NCBI GenBank assembly: GCA_013152895.1
Contig: JAADFN010000181.1
Coordinates: forward strand, 1,143 to 65,142
Length of the DNA: 64,000 nt
From: Acidobacteriota bacterium
Lineage (GTDB): Bacteria; Acidobacteriota; Thermoanaerobaculia; Thermoanaerobaculales; Sulfomarinibacteraceae
Direction of reading: 5' to 3'
The notes under the pieces were generated by a model. That model saw nothing but the letters and a program-made list of their open reading frames with translations, was not told where the DNA came from and made no database searches. Positions 63,803 to 64,000 of the stretch are shown here, piece after piece. The first letter of the stretch is position 1. Every line of letters starts with the position of its first letter. The position numbers and the translations under genes were made by a program.

Positions 63803-64000
63803 GAGCACACCGTTCAATATACCACGAGCCGTTTCAGGGCATCTCGGGTACAGGACGGTGCGTGGGATATCATCGGGGATAGCCCGCGTGTCTTACACAC
63901 GTTCGTCGCGGGATCGAGGAGGCGTTTGTCAGTGTGGCGTTTCGACCAAGGTGGGGCCGAGGCGTGCTTGTGGCACGGCGCAGGCGGCACCACGGCGAGA

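Noticed and set aside
63932-64000. A possible 5' end of a plus-strand CDS: a GTG 9 nt after GGAGG, reading VWRFDQGGAEACLWHGAGGTTAR.
   Set aside because: Only 23 codons lie inside the window and no motif is recognisable. The evidence is insufficient to call a gene.

Overview
The window is 64 kb of a high-GC bacterial chromosome, densely packed and with many 1-11 nt start/stop overlaps between genes. I support about 58 protein-coding genes. I recognised no rRNA, tRNA, CRISPR array, transposase or integrase. A diderm such as Acidobacteriota is only a guess from gene content (DUF4136-type lipoproteins, a PEGA-type Ser/Thr kinase, TPR lipoproteins, an HD-GYP protein). Many long ORFs in the six-frame track are antisense or out-of-frame shadows of real genes and were discarded.

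Housekeeping genes include rnd, radC, surE-pcm, acylphosphatase, a CarD-family regulator, rarA, a glutaryl-CoA-dehydrogenase-like gene, hemH, ribD-ribE, ftsY, a thiolase and UDP-glucuronate decarboxylase.

Three regions stand out:
- **Region 45.5-54.1 kb, minus strand (most interesting).** One promoter-to-hairpin unit encodes a 1717-aa secreted multidomain protein, a 184-aa secreted protein, and four ATGA-coupled genes: a PqqD/RRE protein, an HPr-kinase-like P-loop protein, a radical SAM/SPASM enzyme and a lasso-B2-type transglutaminase-like protease. No asparagine-synthetase-like lasso cyclase and no separate precursor ORF is present. The RRE protein instead carries a 47-aa C-terminal tail that obeys lasso-precursor rules: Thr at -2, Ala1...Asp8 and a C-terminal Ser. 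I interpret this as a candidate undescribed cyclase-less RiPP system with an RRE-fused precursor.
- **Region 2.3-11.9 kb, plus strand.** A seven-gene translationally coupled operon resembles an archaeal/Chloroflexi-type polyprenyl-phosphate-dependent glycosylation module. It encodes an LpdD-like protein, a YYY-domain membrane protein, an Agl23/TIGR03663-like GT-C protein fused to an NHL propeller, a GT2, an amidinotransferase-fold enzyme, a geranylgeranyl reductase and a secreted beta-helix protein.
- **Gene at 15.6-17.1 kb.** A roughly 500-aa radical SAM enzyme with an unusual N-terminal extension.

Smaller observations are a frameshifted TPR lipoprotein gene, a K+ channel with a GFRE filter variant, and two unexplained long intergenic regions.
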